A DNA stretch of 64,000 nt from an uncultured Azospirillum sp. (lineage in GTDB: Bacteria > Pseudomonadota > Alphaproteobacteria > RF32 > CAG-239). Within the stretch, counting starts at the first letter, position 1. Each line of letters starts with the position of its first letter. Positions 46,301 through 53,972 of this stretch are shown one piece after another. Location of the stretch: NCBI GenBank assembly GCA_902489795.1, contig CABUBU010000004.1:817-64816 (forward strand), given 5' to 3'. Below the pieces are notes generated by a model. The model ran no database searches, was not told the DNA's origin, and saw only the letters and a program-made list of their open reading frames with translations. Made by a program: the position numbers and the translations under genes.

Positions 46301-48228
46301 ATACGCAACTGCCAGCGCTCCAAAATATCCGCTGCCGATTTTCCTTCGTTGACTGCCAACGTTACCGCTCGCGCCGCAATAATTCTAGCGTCTGCATCCG
46401 CTTCCGCATTTGGACGTCCTGCCGCCGTCAGCTGCTCGTAAAAGTTTTGATAAACTTCGTTATACTGGTTTCTGGCATCAATCATCGGCGCAACAATCTT
46501 AACCCATTGGTCAATTTGTTCGTCCGTCACACCAAAACGCTCTTTCATCACCTGCCGGCTCACCTCTGAGATACTCCGGGCATCTATTCCTTCCGGCATC
46601 GTGTCCGGATCTTTTTCCTTGTTCAAGAGCTGATTCAGTTCATCCATGACCGGCACGCTTTCCTGCAAAAACGTTTCCTGCAGCAAATCTGCCGTTGTTT
46701 GCGCCGTCTGATCGTCAATGCCCGGGTTATAAGCTTTCACCTGGTCTTTTATCTGCCGGTTCCAGTTTCTCATACGATGGTTGTAAAGCATAGTGCCGCC
46801 CGCGCCAAAGCCTGCACCCGTAATACCCCCAACAAAACCAGAAAACATCCCGTCCGCCCAGATATCCGCCTGCGACTTATCCTGCCAGCCGATGGCATTT
46901 CGGTATTCGTCCCCCAGCACGTTCTGTACGGTTTCCTCAAACGGCCCTTCAGTCAAAAAACCTTTTGCCGCTGCCTTAAAAACCGAGGACTGGCGGGCTA
47001 CGTTTTTAACCGCTGTTTTAACCGGCGCCGCCACCGCTCGGTTGTTCAGGATTTTTTCAACCGATCCGACAAAGGCGTTTTTCAATACCTTGGAAGCCGG
47101 AGCCGTTCCCACTTTGGCAATCCCCATCATAATGAAATCGCCGATTCCTTCCAAAGCTCCGTCAAAAGCTCCCAGAATGTCAGAATGCAGATCCGCCGTG
47201 TCAAAATCCTCTCCTTGTGCCATTGCCTCTTGAAAAGCTTCGCTTTTGGACGAATCAAAATAAGCTTTGCTGATCATACCGGCCGCTACATACGGATTTT
47301 TAGTTGCCAGCGTTATCGCCATGGAAGCTGCGATAGACGTCGCGCTATTGCCGATCCCATACATAACGTTCTGAAAATCTTTTTTGCCGCGCATTTCCTC
47401 GGGCATCAGCCCCAAACTGATTTTGTTGATAGTTTCAACGTTATGCTGCCGCCATTTGTCATACAAAGCCACCGCTTTTTGGTTCAACTCCTGCGCATTT
47501 TTCTGCGCGGCATTGAGCGCTTTGTCAGACACCGGTTGATCAAACCTGCCGCCATACATCAGAGAAACCGGGTTTTCCGCCATTTCCCGAGATACCCGGC
47601 TTTCTCTGGTTTCTCTCATTTCATCGGCAATATAAGTCGCTTCGCCGGCTGCCCTTCCGGCTTCGACCACATCATCGGGCAAAAAAAGCTCCGCTAAGCC
47701 CAAACGCGGCATCGATGAGGATGCCTCGTTTTTCCCTTTTTCGGCTCTCTCCTTCATTCGAAAATAATCAAACAACAGATCCGTTTCCCCTCTGGCAATG
47801 CTCCCGGCAATGTCCAGCGCTCCGGCCGCGGCAGATTTCGGCGCCTGTTTAGCCTCACCAACCGTTTCTCTTGCTTTTTCTTTGGCATAATCAAGCGCCA
47901 ACTGCCCGCCAAACAACAAAATTTTACCCAAGAAATTATCTTTGTTTATCTTTTCTGCCTGCGTATGGATGGCAAAGCGGGTGTCGGTTTCATCCATCGT
48001 TGCCGGCACCGAATAAACTTTGTTGGTGTCCGCATCCAGCGTTGTATAACTGGGAATATTGACCGGCACCCATTCGATTACTTCATCATCAACAACTTCT
48101 TCTTCAGCAACAGGAATATTAACCGGCACCCATTCGATTACTTCATCATCAACAACGTTGGTTGACCGTTCACTTCCGCGCAAAACCGCCAATTCATTGT
48201 CAATATTCTGTATCAATTCCTCATCCAT
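40306..48228 (-). CDS. giant (2640 aa) internal-virion/ejection protein at the T7 gp16 position; polyvalent multi-domain protein
   Basis: Follows the gp13/14/15-like genes. Contains FHGTSAEFDVFKGKRYFFSDSIDVAGAY...GYDGVII...VFNPNQIKS (ART-like), IGTGEGAQSHGWGLYYA (second, H-less copy), VLHDKKHSLTAKEW...VVFEHMKSGRNIVTTAF (barnase/EndoU-type nuclease-like), and VVHELGHFF...EYFADSFEAYLLEG (HExxH zincin). Confidence 0.75.
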   Translation of the reverse strand: MDEELIQNIDNELAVLRGSERSTNVVDDEVIEWVPVNIPVAEEEVVDDEVIEWVPVNIPSYTTLDADTNKVYSVPATMDETDTRFAIHTQAEKINKDNFLGKILLFGGQLALDYAKEKARETVGEAKQAPKSAAAGALDIAGSIARGETDLLFDYFRMKERAEKGKNEASSSMPRLGLAELFLPDDVVEAGRAAGEATYIADEMRETRESRVSREMAENPVSLMYGGRFDQPVSDKALNAAQKNAQELNQKAVALYDKWRQHNVETINKISLGLMPEEMRGKKDFQNVMYGIGNSATSIAASMAITLATKNPYVAAGMISKAYFDSSKSEAFQEAMAQGEDFDTADLHSDILGAFDGALEGIGDFIMMGIAKVGTAPASKVLKNAFVGSVEKILNNRAVAAPVKTAVKNVARQSSVFKAAAKGFLTEGPFEETVQNVLGDEYRNAIGWQDKSQADIWADGMFSGFVGGITGAGFGAGGTMLYNHRMRNWNRQIKDQVKAYNPGIDDQTAQTTADLLQETFLQESVPVMDELNQLLNKEKDPDTMPEGIDARSISEVSRQVMKERFGVTDEQIDQWVKIVAPMIDARNQYNEVYQNFYEQLTAAGRPNAEADADARIIAARAVTLAVNEGKSAADILERWQLRIEDGEQGSAVYLAEREGNGNFEQSMYKSKFDTLENFVNDIFNNPEDTSARYFANLSNSGVNFDIPRDTVLHDKKHSLTAKEWTEVASNIDNIESAALSSKKRFDGQSVLMKVATPNGKYGVVFEHMKSGRNIVTTAFKDTDANIDNWIKNNSARAMQTASTTQKGLLSSRSMSDIISVLDNNVNDTLYQLPQKAYGVDGKADIDTPEFKRWSGSVDVVAPSAARNYDFQTGKPVVVEGFHGTSAEFDVFKGKRYFFSDSIDVAGAYGSKNPMQVYLLMRNPLVIDAYGQSFEKIYNAEGNKKKYSELTDDDIKYLVTLGFDSFEEAKEYYTENAKEDPEGYVNLAKVKGEKARSTEEWAEYAKRNGYDGVIIKDVNDTVDISNVRSTDYIVFNPNQIKSVYNRGTFDPASDNIYYQGQVVANGNDVKLTIDSREEMGGLSEDDYKLKMLEILKSFKGKKIFNQSLNGEIEIRTSSIKKYKSFFADKNKRLIVPYVPELLERANFVSENTYTPETESNIVAYWKADLPINIDNDTYNVHLTVKEDNNGNFFWDAQVNEKAPRTDPATNPGDKGLSTSIDTAVQGGLSESLKAETAYNDNVTQNAGNVNDTLYQIAYAGSRVDYDRPSLEAIGTGEGAQSHGWGLYYALDKDVAEHYRKKFIAESKPADMSNGEYMRLLAVNEKGKDFFIKKLNNILDIQKERTNLYSEIYAIQDEIRNLDKKSDSYYDEWGYKKEGADAELDKIRQEKKEKIKQIDEIENKIEEYPALYSDIISENQATKDFFSNLDYRYNSENVKKAIQEIKDSDLSKLPKGQVHEVDIPENPYLLDEQKTFSEQSDFVKEKLKNLEEKIVEKYGFTAKFAAGSSLQKITGRDVYRKISNILGSDKASSQLLEKYGIKGITYVGEQDGRCFVIFNPDDIQVIDKFYQLGMPSDGELNLEVTPVRGQGEDNPRGSFTRRPDTGEAIIKLFQTADASTVVHELGHFFLDDMRRFADNPETAAQLQAIYRYVGSTDGNLTREQHEYFADSFEAYLLEGRSPNALLKKVFRRFKSWLRNLYNEVKRLEYVKLDDEIRKTFDDMLGGRKIDFAMQQSTVNMENRLQRGFISNWDINKAMELLHEGKISKAEMQSLIEQMKSNEVSAVDFKQKLKDFAVSPNINKEKLSEYDYNLYRRQLENLVFDRENMRSRIERLLTWTKPRTQNGKLVGRFPDKKLNDAFDRFRELVAMDKDAAKEQQQENAKLIEEFMREGGDIDVEKLVFENKLLGLATGKISDRALLEVYEGLSDSYNAGRLSAMITGEIRKERKARLIAEAEEVLTGGGRINWRDEKKGWKDKAWKMLGGAERGQLSWGGLMDVLSRNDKASKSSNSKLSQNMDIFNAEQKMYAGIIKDGDNVSEKLMNALKGSANKAISVSRYMDKELDQKTMIEWVGNENIGKRGLPVRPILMRKEFSKDQLIDVYMKAQDKDTREIMAADPINQYNEEFLRRVNEELTEDDIAVAKALFEFYNENYERFNQFYEDHFGISLTHNKFYSPRSMTRNGVNVDDGTPRAYASFSGAKQRVAQAGSATINFRGAFAALHKYVQDLNHYMGFADALLDINAVFGDKKIKAIIDNVFGAKMNERIRYEIGNFANNGEKKDVWSALSKVRARYAKSVLGLKPALAIKQLTSFPAYWENVSTTDFIKGVADFFLHPKEAMEILGNTTLMKSRDVNIIRDFEVMSKSEMFKNMKKAKGKFKWNDFLMANIKFGDRGAIYMGGWALYKSELKKNLKAGMSETEAKQKALDTFERVTDETQQSGRLSQQSYMQSNAMWRAFTMFTSSQNQYLRKEIMAVNGLLSGRMSKKQVAKMLFIYHFLLPMFFQFVADSFRWDDDSQMRAAALGSLNGWFLINKVLENVYNTLTGQGGMYQARMSVRELVPFWGSLEDFKNMVLKFADEDLEAEDVLKAVKTLGELTGLPLKYVQDVVNNFGDYAKAGEPGKEIMLWLGWSPYALRDFEDE
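48055..48156 (-). repeat. in-frame tandem duplication near the 5' end of the giant gene
   Basis: AATATT(G/A)ACCGGCACCCATTCGATTACTTCATCATCAACAAC occurs twice, 60 nt apart, encoding VVDDEVIEWVPVNIP twice. Confidence 0.85.
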
Positions 48229-50651
48229 TACTTTTGTCCTATATAAGATTTATATTGTTCTTCGCTGATATCTTTAATTTTACCATTGGCAAACATCGCT
48301 TTATATTTGCCGCCGACAGTTCTACCGATGTTTACAATTCTTTCGTCAACCAGCTTCTCGCCGCGACCTTTATCATCGGCACCGCTCAACACCCGCTGCA
48401 AACCGTTTTCACTGCTTAAAATATTGGTCGGATTAATTGCCACCACATCCGCATTCTGATAAATCTGTTGCGCAAACAGCTTTTTGGTTTCCTCCAGCGC
48501 CTCGGAGGAAATCACTTCTTTTTGCCCGCTGTCGTTGATGCCCTTGTAGCTGGTGTCTTCAAGCCCATGTTTCTTTGCCACTGTAACCAGCGCCGCCCGG
48601 TAAATTGCGCGTTGCATCACCCGGTACTTTGCATTTCTTGCATTTTGCGCACGTTTAACCGCCCGTTCCGACACCGTTCCTTGTTTATCGTTGATTGAAA
48701 CCATCTTAAAGTTCTCATCCAGATAATCTTGTATCGTATTGTTGATGGTGTTGATCTGAAGCGCGTGTTGCCCCGCATCTCCTTCTTCCGCCATCAATGC
48801 CGCGTCAAACGCATCATAATCCAGCGAAAGCTCATTATAAAAAGATGTCGCCTCGGCCTTAGGCAGAGCTCCCTCTCTTTGCAGATTGTCCAGATCTTCG
48901 GCAAGTCTGGCATATCCTTCCGCTGTCGGGTTAAGATCCAAAGCCGCTTTTCTATCCTGCAAAGCATTCATATTTTCCATTTTCTCGCCTTCGGTGATTT
49001 TTTTCGGCTCAAATTCCTTCTTTTTATTTACCCGTGCCGTTCTCAGCTTGCCGGCCTGTTCTTCAGTCAAAGCCCCGTTGCGTACCAACTCGTTGATTTC
49101 TGTTTCCCCCGGCAGCTCTCCGGCATTTGCCGCATCGGCAATCTGATTGCGCAAATCAATATAGGTATTGAGCCGGTTTTCTTCTTTCAGTTCCTTAATT
49201 GTCTGCAATTCTTTGTCAATGGCCTCATCCCGTTCCTTTTTTTCCGCCTTCAGCTTTTCCTGCTCTGCTTTCTTCTCCTCTTCCGTTTTTTTGGCAATTT
49301 TGTCTTGATACTCCCTCAAACCGTTGACTTTCTCAGTTGCCAGCGCCGGATACGGGGCGTTTGCCAGCTCTTTGTCCACGTCCACGACCTCATTGCGGGA
49401 CATCCTCAGTTTCAAATCGGCTTCCCACGCGGCCGTTGCGTTTTTTTCTCTGTTCTCAATGTCCTTCAACAGGGCGTCCCTGGTCGTCTTATCAAAGTCG
49501 CCGCGGGCAAAAGCCTGATTAACCGCGTCCCGCCCCTCGTCAACAAGCGACAGATTGGCGCGGTATTTGGCGTCTTTGTCCTCCCCGTCTTTCGCCCACA
49601 GTCCAAGCTCTTTTCCCTGAGCAAGCAACTCTTTGTAATCCTCGTCGCTCAGCTCCTTGTCTATGTTGGCAAAAACAATCTCTTCTTTAGTTGCCGTCTT
49701 GTTTTTAATTTTTTCCTCAAGCTCTTTTAACACATCCGGGTCGCTCATTGCTTTGCCGGGTGACAGGATCTGATCCCGTATTTTTTTGGCAACTTCAGGA
49801 GAAGCGGCATAGTTGTTATCTATAATTTTCAGCGCCTCCTCCTTACTCATTTGGTTGTTGCTGACAAGATAATTAGCCCGCCACATTTCCGTATCAGCCT
49901 TCGTTTTAACCAGCTTCTCTGCCCTTTCTTCCGCCGCAATCCGGTCTTTTTCTTTGGCAAGCAACAGATTGTCGGCTTTTTGCAGATATTCCTTGCGTTC
50001 AATATCCGACAGGTTGGGGAAACGTCCCGGATCGGACAATGCCCTTTTGGCAACTTCCGGGTTGGTGTTTACCATCCCATTGATAGACAGCTTCGCAAAA
50101 TTCTCCTTCGCTTTCTCTTTCTCGGTCGGCGTCAGATAAGTGTCGGAGGCAATCAGCCTGTCAGCGTCGGCGGATAAAAAAGCCGCCTCGTCTTCCGGCG
50201 CAGCGGCAATCTGATCGGCATAGGCTTTCAACGTGTCGTTCAGGCTGATCCCGGCCAACTCTTTTTCTTTAGCCCTGAACGCGTTTTGAACATCCTGCTG
50301 GTTATACGAAAGAAAACCGCTGCCGAGGTTTTCCATCCACTCCTTGCCCCATTTCTGGCCGCGCATGTTGTCTTTGAGCTTCTTCTGAAAGTTTTCGACA
50401 ATGCCCGGAATTTCTTCGATCGATTTTGCGGTTTTAATTGCGTTCAGCTCTTCGGTCTGCAAATTCGCCGCCTCAAGGTTTAAGCGCTTCCACACCAGCT
50501 GCTTTTCCCTCTCGAAATAATTGTTTCCCGCTTCCACCGCGCCGGCCACGCTGTTTGCGACCTCATTGATGCCGCTGTCGCGCCAGGTCGGGCGTTTCTC
50601 GGTCACAAGCCTGGTGCCGCTCAAATACCCTCTTTTTATCTCTCCGACCAT
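48228..50651 (-). CDS. internal virion protein, T7 gp15-position (807 aa, coiled-coil rich)
   Basis: Size and position comparable to T7 gp15 (~747 aa). Long K/E-rich helical regions. No enzymatic motif seen. Confidence 0.5.
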   Translation of the reverse strand: MVGEIKRGYLSGTRLVTEKRPTWRDSGINEVANSVAGAVEAGNNYFEREKQLVWKRLNLEAANLQTEELNAIKTAKSIEEIPGIVENFQKKLKDNMRGQKWGKEWMENLGSGFLSYNQQDVQNAFRAKEKELAGISLNDTLKAYADQIAAAPEDEAAFLSADADRLIASDTYLTPTEKEKAKENFAKLSINGMVNTNPEVAKRALSDPGRFPNLSDIERKEYLQKADNLLLAKEKDRIAAEERAEKLVKTKADTEMWRANYLVSNNQMSKEEALKIIDNNYAASPEVAKKIRDQILSPGKAMSDPDVLKELEEKIKNKTATKEEIVFANIDKELSDEDYKELLAQGKELGLWAKDGEDKDAKYRANLSLVDEGRDAVNQAFARGDFDKTTRDALLKDIENREKNATAAWEADLKLRMSRNEVVDVDKELANAPYPALATEKVNGLREYQDKIAKKTEEEKKAEQEKLKAEKKERDEAIDKELQTIKELKEENRLNTYIDLRNQIADAANAGELPGETEINELVRNGALTEEQAGKLRTARVNKKKEFEPKKITEGEKMENMNALQDRKAALDLNPTAEGYARLAEDLDNLQREGALPKAEATSFYNELSLDYDAFDAALMAEEGDAGQHALQINTINNTIQDYLDENFKMVSINDKQGTVSERAVKRAQNARNAKYRVMQRAIYRAALVTVAKKHGLEDTSYKGINDSGQKEVISSEALEETKKLFAQQIYQNADVVAINPTNILSSENGLQRVLSGADDKGRGEKLVDERIVNIGRTVGGKYKAMFANGKIKDISEEQYKSYIGQK

Positions 50652-50654
50652 TGT

Positions 50655-51167
50655 TTATTCTCCCCACAGCCACGAAAATTTTTTCTGTCCTTCCTTATCT
50701 ACCGGCTGGCTGGCATTATATGCCGCGGCAATGCCGTTCGCCGCCCCTGAAAGCAAACTCATCCGAAACGCGTTCTTCCCCTGCTTTTTGGCCTGTTTGG
50801 CATAAAAATTCATATCGCTTGCCTGCTGCATGTAGTTTCTGGCCGCCGTCTCCGTCTGATAACGGATGTTAAGCGCGTTTTGTTCGGCGTTGGCCGCATC
50901 TTGCGCCAGAGAACCGATCACGGTTGCGCTGTCGGCAATTCCCATTTCCCCCATCAAAGCCCTTGTTTTTGACAACTGCTGCCGGTTCTCGGCCCGCTGT
51001 ATGTCTTCGTTAAGCGCTCCCTCCAAACGCACCTGCCGGGCGTTTCGTCGCAAAATATCGGCGTTGGCGTTATAAGCCTCGGCTTTAGCCTTTCCCTGCC
51101 GATAAGCCTGATAACCGCCGATAACGGTTTGAGCCGCCGCCAAACCGCCCATTACTCCCGCACTCAT
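50655..51167 (-). CDS. internal virion protein, T7 gp14-position (170 aa)
   Basis: Small, Ala/Gln-rich with a hydrophobic N-terminus MSAGVMGGLAAAQTVIGG. Assignment is by position. Confidence 0.45.
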   Translation of the reverse strand: MSAGVMGGLAAAQTVIGGYQAYRQGKAKAEAYNANADILRRNARQVRLEGALNEDIQRAENRQQLSKTRALMGEMGIADSATVIGSLAQDAANAEQNALNIRYQTETAARNYMQQASDMNFYAKQAKKQGKNAFRMSLLSGAANGIAAAYNASQPVDKEGQKKFSWLWGE

Positions 51168-51571
51168 TGAAATATCCTCGCAAACAGTTGATAATCCTTG
51201 CCGTTAAAAACCTTTCTCATGGTTCCTTCATATTCAAAGCCCAGCAGCCGCGCCAGCCGCTCACCGGCCTTAAAACCGTTCAAGACCGTCATTTCCAGCC
51301 TTTCGGCCGAAAGTTCCTGGCTTCTTTGTTCAATCAGCCGGCGCATTGCCTTCACAAAAGGAAGCATCTTCCGCCCGGCTCCGGCATTGATGACGGAAAA
51401 CAACGCGAAACGTTTAGGGGTTATCTCCACGTACCAGAAAACAGCCACCATTACCCCGCCCGTCTCAAACGTTTCGGCGCCGTCGGGAATAGCCTCTGGT
51501 ACAAATTCCCCTTCCTGCTCCCTTTGAATTACGATCCGCCTCAGATCCGTTTTTTCAAATTTTTTTATCAA
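51164..51571 (-). CDS. GNAT-fold-like small protein at the T7 gp13 position (135 aa)
   Basis: C-terminal ...GFKAGERLARLLGFEYEGTMRK resembles a GNAT C-terminus. Size matches T7 gp13 (~138 aa). TTG start with GGGAGG RBS. Confidence 0.4.
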   Translation of the reverse strand: MIKKFEKTDLRRIVIQREQEGEFVPEAIPDGAETFETGGVMVAVFWYVEITPKRFALFSVINAGAGRKMLPFVKAMRRLIEQRSQELSAERLEMTVLNGFKAGERLARLLGFEYEGTMRKVFNGKDYQLFARIFQ

Positions 51572-51589
51572 AACAACCTCCCGACCAAA

Positions 51590-51853
51590 AAAAGGAGAGC
51601 AATTGCTTGCTCTCCTTCCAAAATCTACTTCTTTATCAAGAAGAAAATTTTTAGTTTTTTAATGATGATAATAATTTTTACCATCATCCTTTTCACCTCC
51701 GTTTCGCATAATGCGGAAAGGAGTTGAAAGCTTACTTGACTTTTTAATCAAATAAGGTTATCCTATACCCATAGGTTGGAGTTATAGGACGTTCAACTCC
51801 TTTCCTAGGTTTAGGAAATTGCCCGGTGTTCCCGCACCGGGCTTTTCTTTTAT
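51590..51853 (+). repeat. ~260-nt prophage intergenic element, copy 2 (copy 1 at 37779-38040)
   Basis: Same module order as copy 1. The left hairpin GGAGAGCAattgCTTGCTCTCC has a T7 run on the minus strand, i.e. an intrinsic terminator between the nozzle gene and the gp13-like gene. Confidence 0.6.
51771..51850 (+). ncRNA. predicted ~80-nt small RNA (copy 2), antisense to the late transcript
   Basis: Promoter TTGACT (51736-51741), 17 nt, TATCCT (51759-51764). Hairpin GGAGTT...AACTCC then CTTTCC. Terminator hairpin 51822-51841 plus T-run. The TSS position is inferred. Confidence 0.4.
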
Positions 51854-51877
51854 ATCTTAAAATCCCCCCATTGTCAA

Positions 51878-53971
51878 TTATGCCGAACTTTGCATACTCG
51901 GTACAATCGCCTGGATCAGCATCGGATAAACGCTTTTGTTTTGGATAATAATGTTTGCCCCGCGGTCTTTCAACAAAGAAGTACCGTCAGGCCACGGAAT
52001 AACCACATTGCCGGTAAACAGGCGAACTTCGCCCGCTGCCAATTCTTTGCCGCTATGATATAAAATATCCTGCTGCCGGTCATAGGCCGGCCCCGCCGTC
52101 CCGCCGCCGGAACGGTAAACCATCAGCGTCAGGTGATCAATCCGCTGAACACAGGACATCCCCATGCCTCTGTCCGACTGAAGATATATCTTTTGCGGCT
52201 GAAGCACCGAACTGATCGGCAGCCCGACCACCACCCGCGCGTCCGTTTCCTTAATCTCGATCGAACCATCATCGGCCACAATCTGATGCGGGCGCTCCAG
52301 TCCGTTGGCCGAAATCGCCACTTCGCAGCCTTTCAGATGATCAAGCCCGGAGAGCTTTGTCGTCACATCACCGACCGGCCGGTTGTAAATCAGGCCGCTG
52401 TCAACAAAAAAGCCGGAATCGCGAATATAATCCAACTCTGCTTTCTCTCTTTCAACCGGATCACGAATATATTCCACGTCGTCCGGGTAGTCGGAACGGG
52501 TCCCATTGTCAATCCATTCCGCATATCGTTTCATCACGCTGCCGATTTTACGCTTAACGATCACCCATACGTCATCGCGGCGTTCATCATTTGAGGGAAT
52601 TACCGCCACCGCCTCGACCGAACCCGACAAATCATGTTGCGCCAAGGCCGCCACCTGCTGCTGGGCGTCGAAGGTAAAAGACACCAGACGCCCGTCGGCC
52701 ATTACCAGCCACAACAGTTTGTCCGGCACGTCCTGCCAGTCCCAGCTGACAATACCCGACGACAACAGATGTTTGCCCAAGAGCGAGGCGTCAAGCGGAT
52801 CATAACCGTCGCGTTCGTAACTGTAAACCAGATCGCGGATTGACGTGCCGAAACGGTCGACAAACAAAATATGCCCACCCACCGCTATCGGCTGGATCGG
52901 CTTGCTGCCGATACCTGAAATCTGACGGATCGCCACATTGTCCGCGGCCAAAGCTTCGCCGTTGGAAATCGCGTCGATATAAAACTCTCCGCTTGAGGTG
53001 CCGACAAACAGAACGTCGCCGCCCGCAATCCAGCGTCCCTGATTGTACTCCTTTGAGTTAACCGGCACCGTAACCGCGCATTCCGCCGTCACTTCGCCAA
53101 ATTCCTGATCGGCGAAATTGTTGAAATCACCGGAATAAGACCCGCAGGCTTTCAAACCGTCGGCGGCATCAATCAGTAACCAGAACCGGTTTTTATAAGA
53201 ACAGCCCGACAACGGACAATTCCGCCCGGGATAAATCATGCCAAATTCAAAATGCGAGGTTACCAGCGCCTTCGGCATTTCAATAATCACTTCGGCCTTG
53301 ACCTCGGTCGCCGAAACGTATTCGGTGATTTTGGCGGTACCATAGCCGGCATGCAGATATTTCCACGTCACTTTCCCGTCGGAACGGCTGCCTTCCGTGT
53401 GCACCGGCTTCACGTTGCCGGTGGTACCTTCATTCAAGGCTTCGTAATATTTACCGTCCGACGTCCACACCGCTCCCTTGCTGACACTCTCCTCGACCTG
53501 CCATGCCGTCGTGTCATCATTGACCAGCGTCAGACGGATCAGACGTCCGACGTCGTCTTCAGCGAACAAATTTGCATCTGCCGTCAAACTGATGGTTCCG
53601 GTCGTTCCGCTTGCGGTGATTTTTATATCTTCGGTGTTAACGTGATTCCACGGGCCGTTTAAGAGTTCCCAGTCCTCCAGCCGCCAGTCGTCGTTGGCAT
53701 AACGCGTCAGCTTTTTCATATATTTCGGGTGAAAAATATAAAGCACGTCGCCAATTTGCGCAAATTGCAAATTGTAGCATTCAAGCTCATCGTTCCAAAT
53801 GTCTTCAAGCGTATACGGGCTCTCCAGTTCATAAACTGCATCGTCTTTCAAAACTTGGCCGTGGTTGGCAAACAGCCGGATGTATTTGTCGCCGAACTCA
53901 AGCATAAAACCGGCGTTGCCGGCAAACTTAAACTTGATCAGATCGGCTCTTTTGCTTGTTTTCTCCGCCAT
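51878..53971 (-). CDS. tail tubular protein B / nozzle (T7 gp12-like) lacking the canonical N-terminal ~55 aa
   Basis: Starts MAEKTSKRADLIKFKFAGNAGFMLEFGDKYIRLF (the 'rLipFeFs..qaYilEFgd.yiRfy' segment of the family). C-terminal SGLDHLKGCEVAISANG...VVVGLPISSVLQPQKIY...RLFTGNVVIPWPDG is family-typical. The ATG lies 1 nt after the upstream stop. Confidence 0.65.
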   Translation of the reverse strand: MAEKTSKRADLIKFKFAGNAGFMLEFGDKYIRLFANHGQVLKDDAVYELESPYTLEDIWNDELECYNLQFAQIGDVLYIFHPKYMKKLTRYANDDWRLEDWELLNGPWNHVNTEDIKITASGTTGTISLTADANLFAEDDVGRLIRLTLVNDDTTAWQVEESVSKGAVWTSDGKYYEALNEGTTGNVKPVHTEGSRSDGKVTWKYLHAGYGTAKITEYVSATEVKAEVIIEMPKALVTSHFEFGMIYPGRNCPLSGCSYKNRFWLLIDAADGLKACGSYSGDFNNFADQEFGEVTAECAVTVPVNSKEYNQGRWIAGGDVLFVGTSSGEFYIDAISNGEALAADNVAIRQISGIGSKPIQPIAVGGHILFVDRFGTSIRDLVYSYERDGYDPLDASLLGKHLLSSGIVSWDWQDVPDKLLWLVMADGRLVSFTFDAQQQVAALAQHDLSGSVEAVAVIPSNDERRDDVWVIVKRKIGSVMKRYAEWIDNGTRSDYPDDVEYIRDPVEREKAELDYIRDSGFFVDSGLIYNRPVGDVTTKLSGLDHLKGCEVAISANGLERPHQIVADDGSIEIKETDARVVVGLPISSVLQPQKIYLQSDRGMGMSCVQRIDHLTLMVYRSGGGTAGPAYDRQQDILYHSGKELAAGEVRLFTGNVVIPWPDGTSLLKDRGANIIIQNKSVYPMLIQAIVPSMQSSA

Positions 53972-53972
53972 C

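Noticed and set aside
48055-48156. Tandem repeat considered as a possible mini CRISPR/satellite
   Set aside because: It has only two units, is in-frame inside a long ORF, has no spacer-like unique segments of regular size, and has no cas genes in the window.
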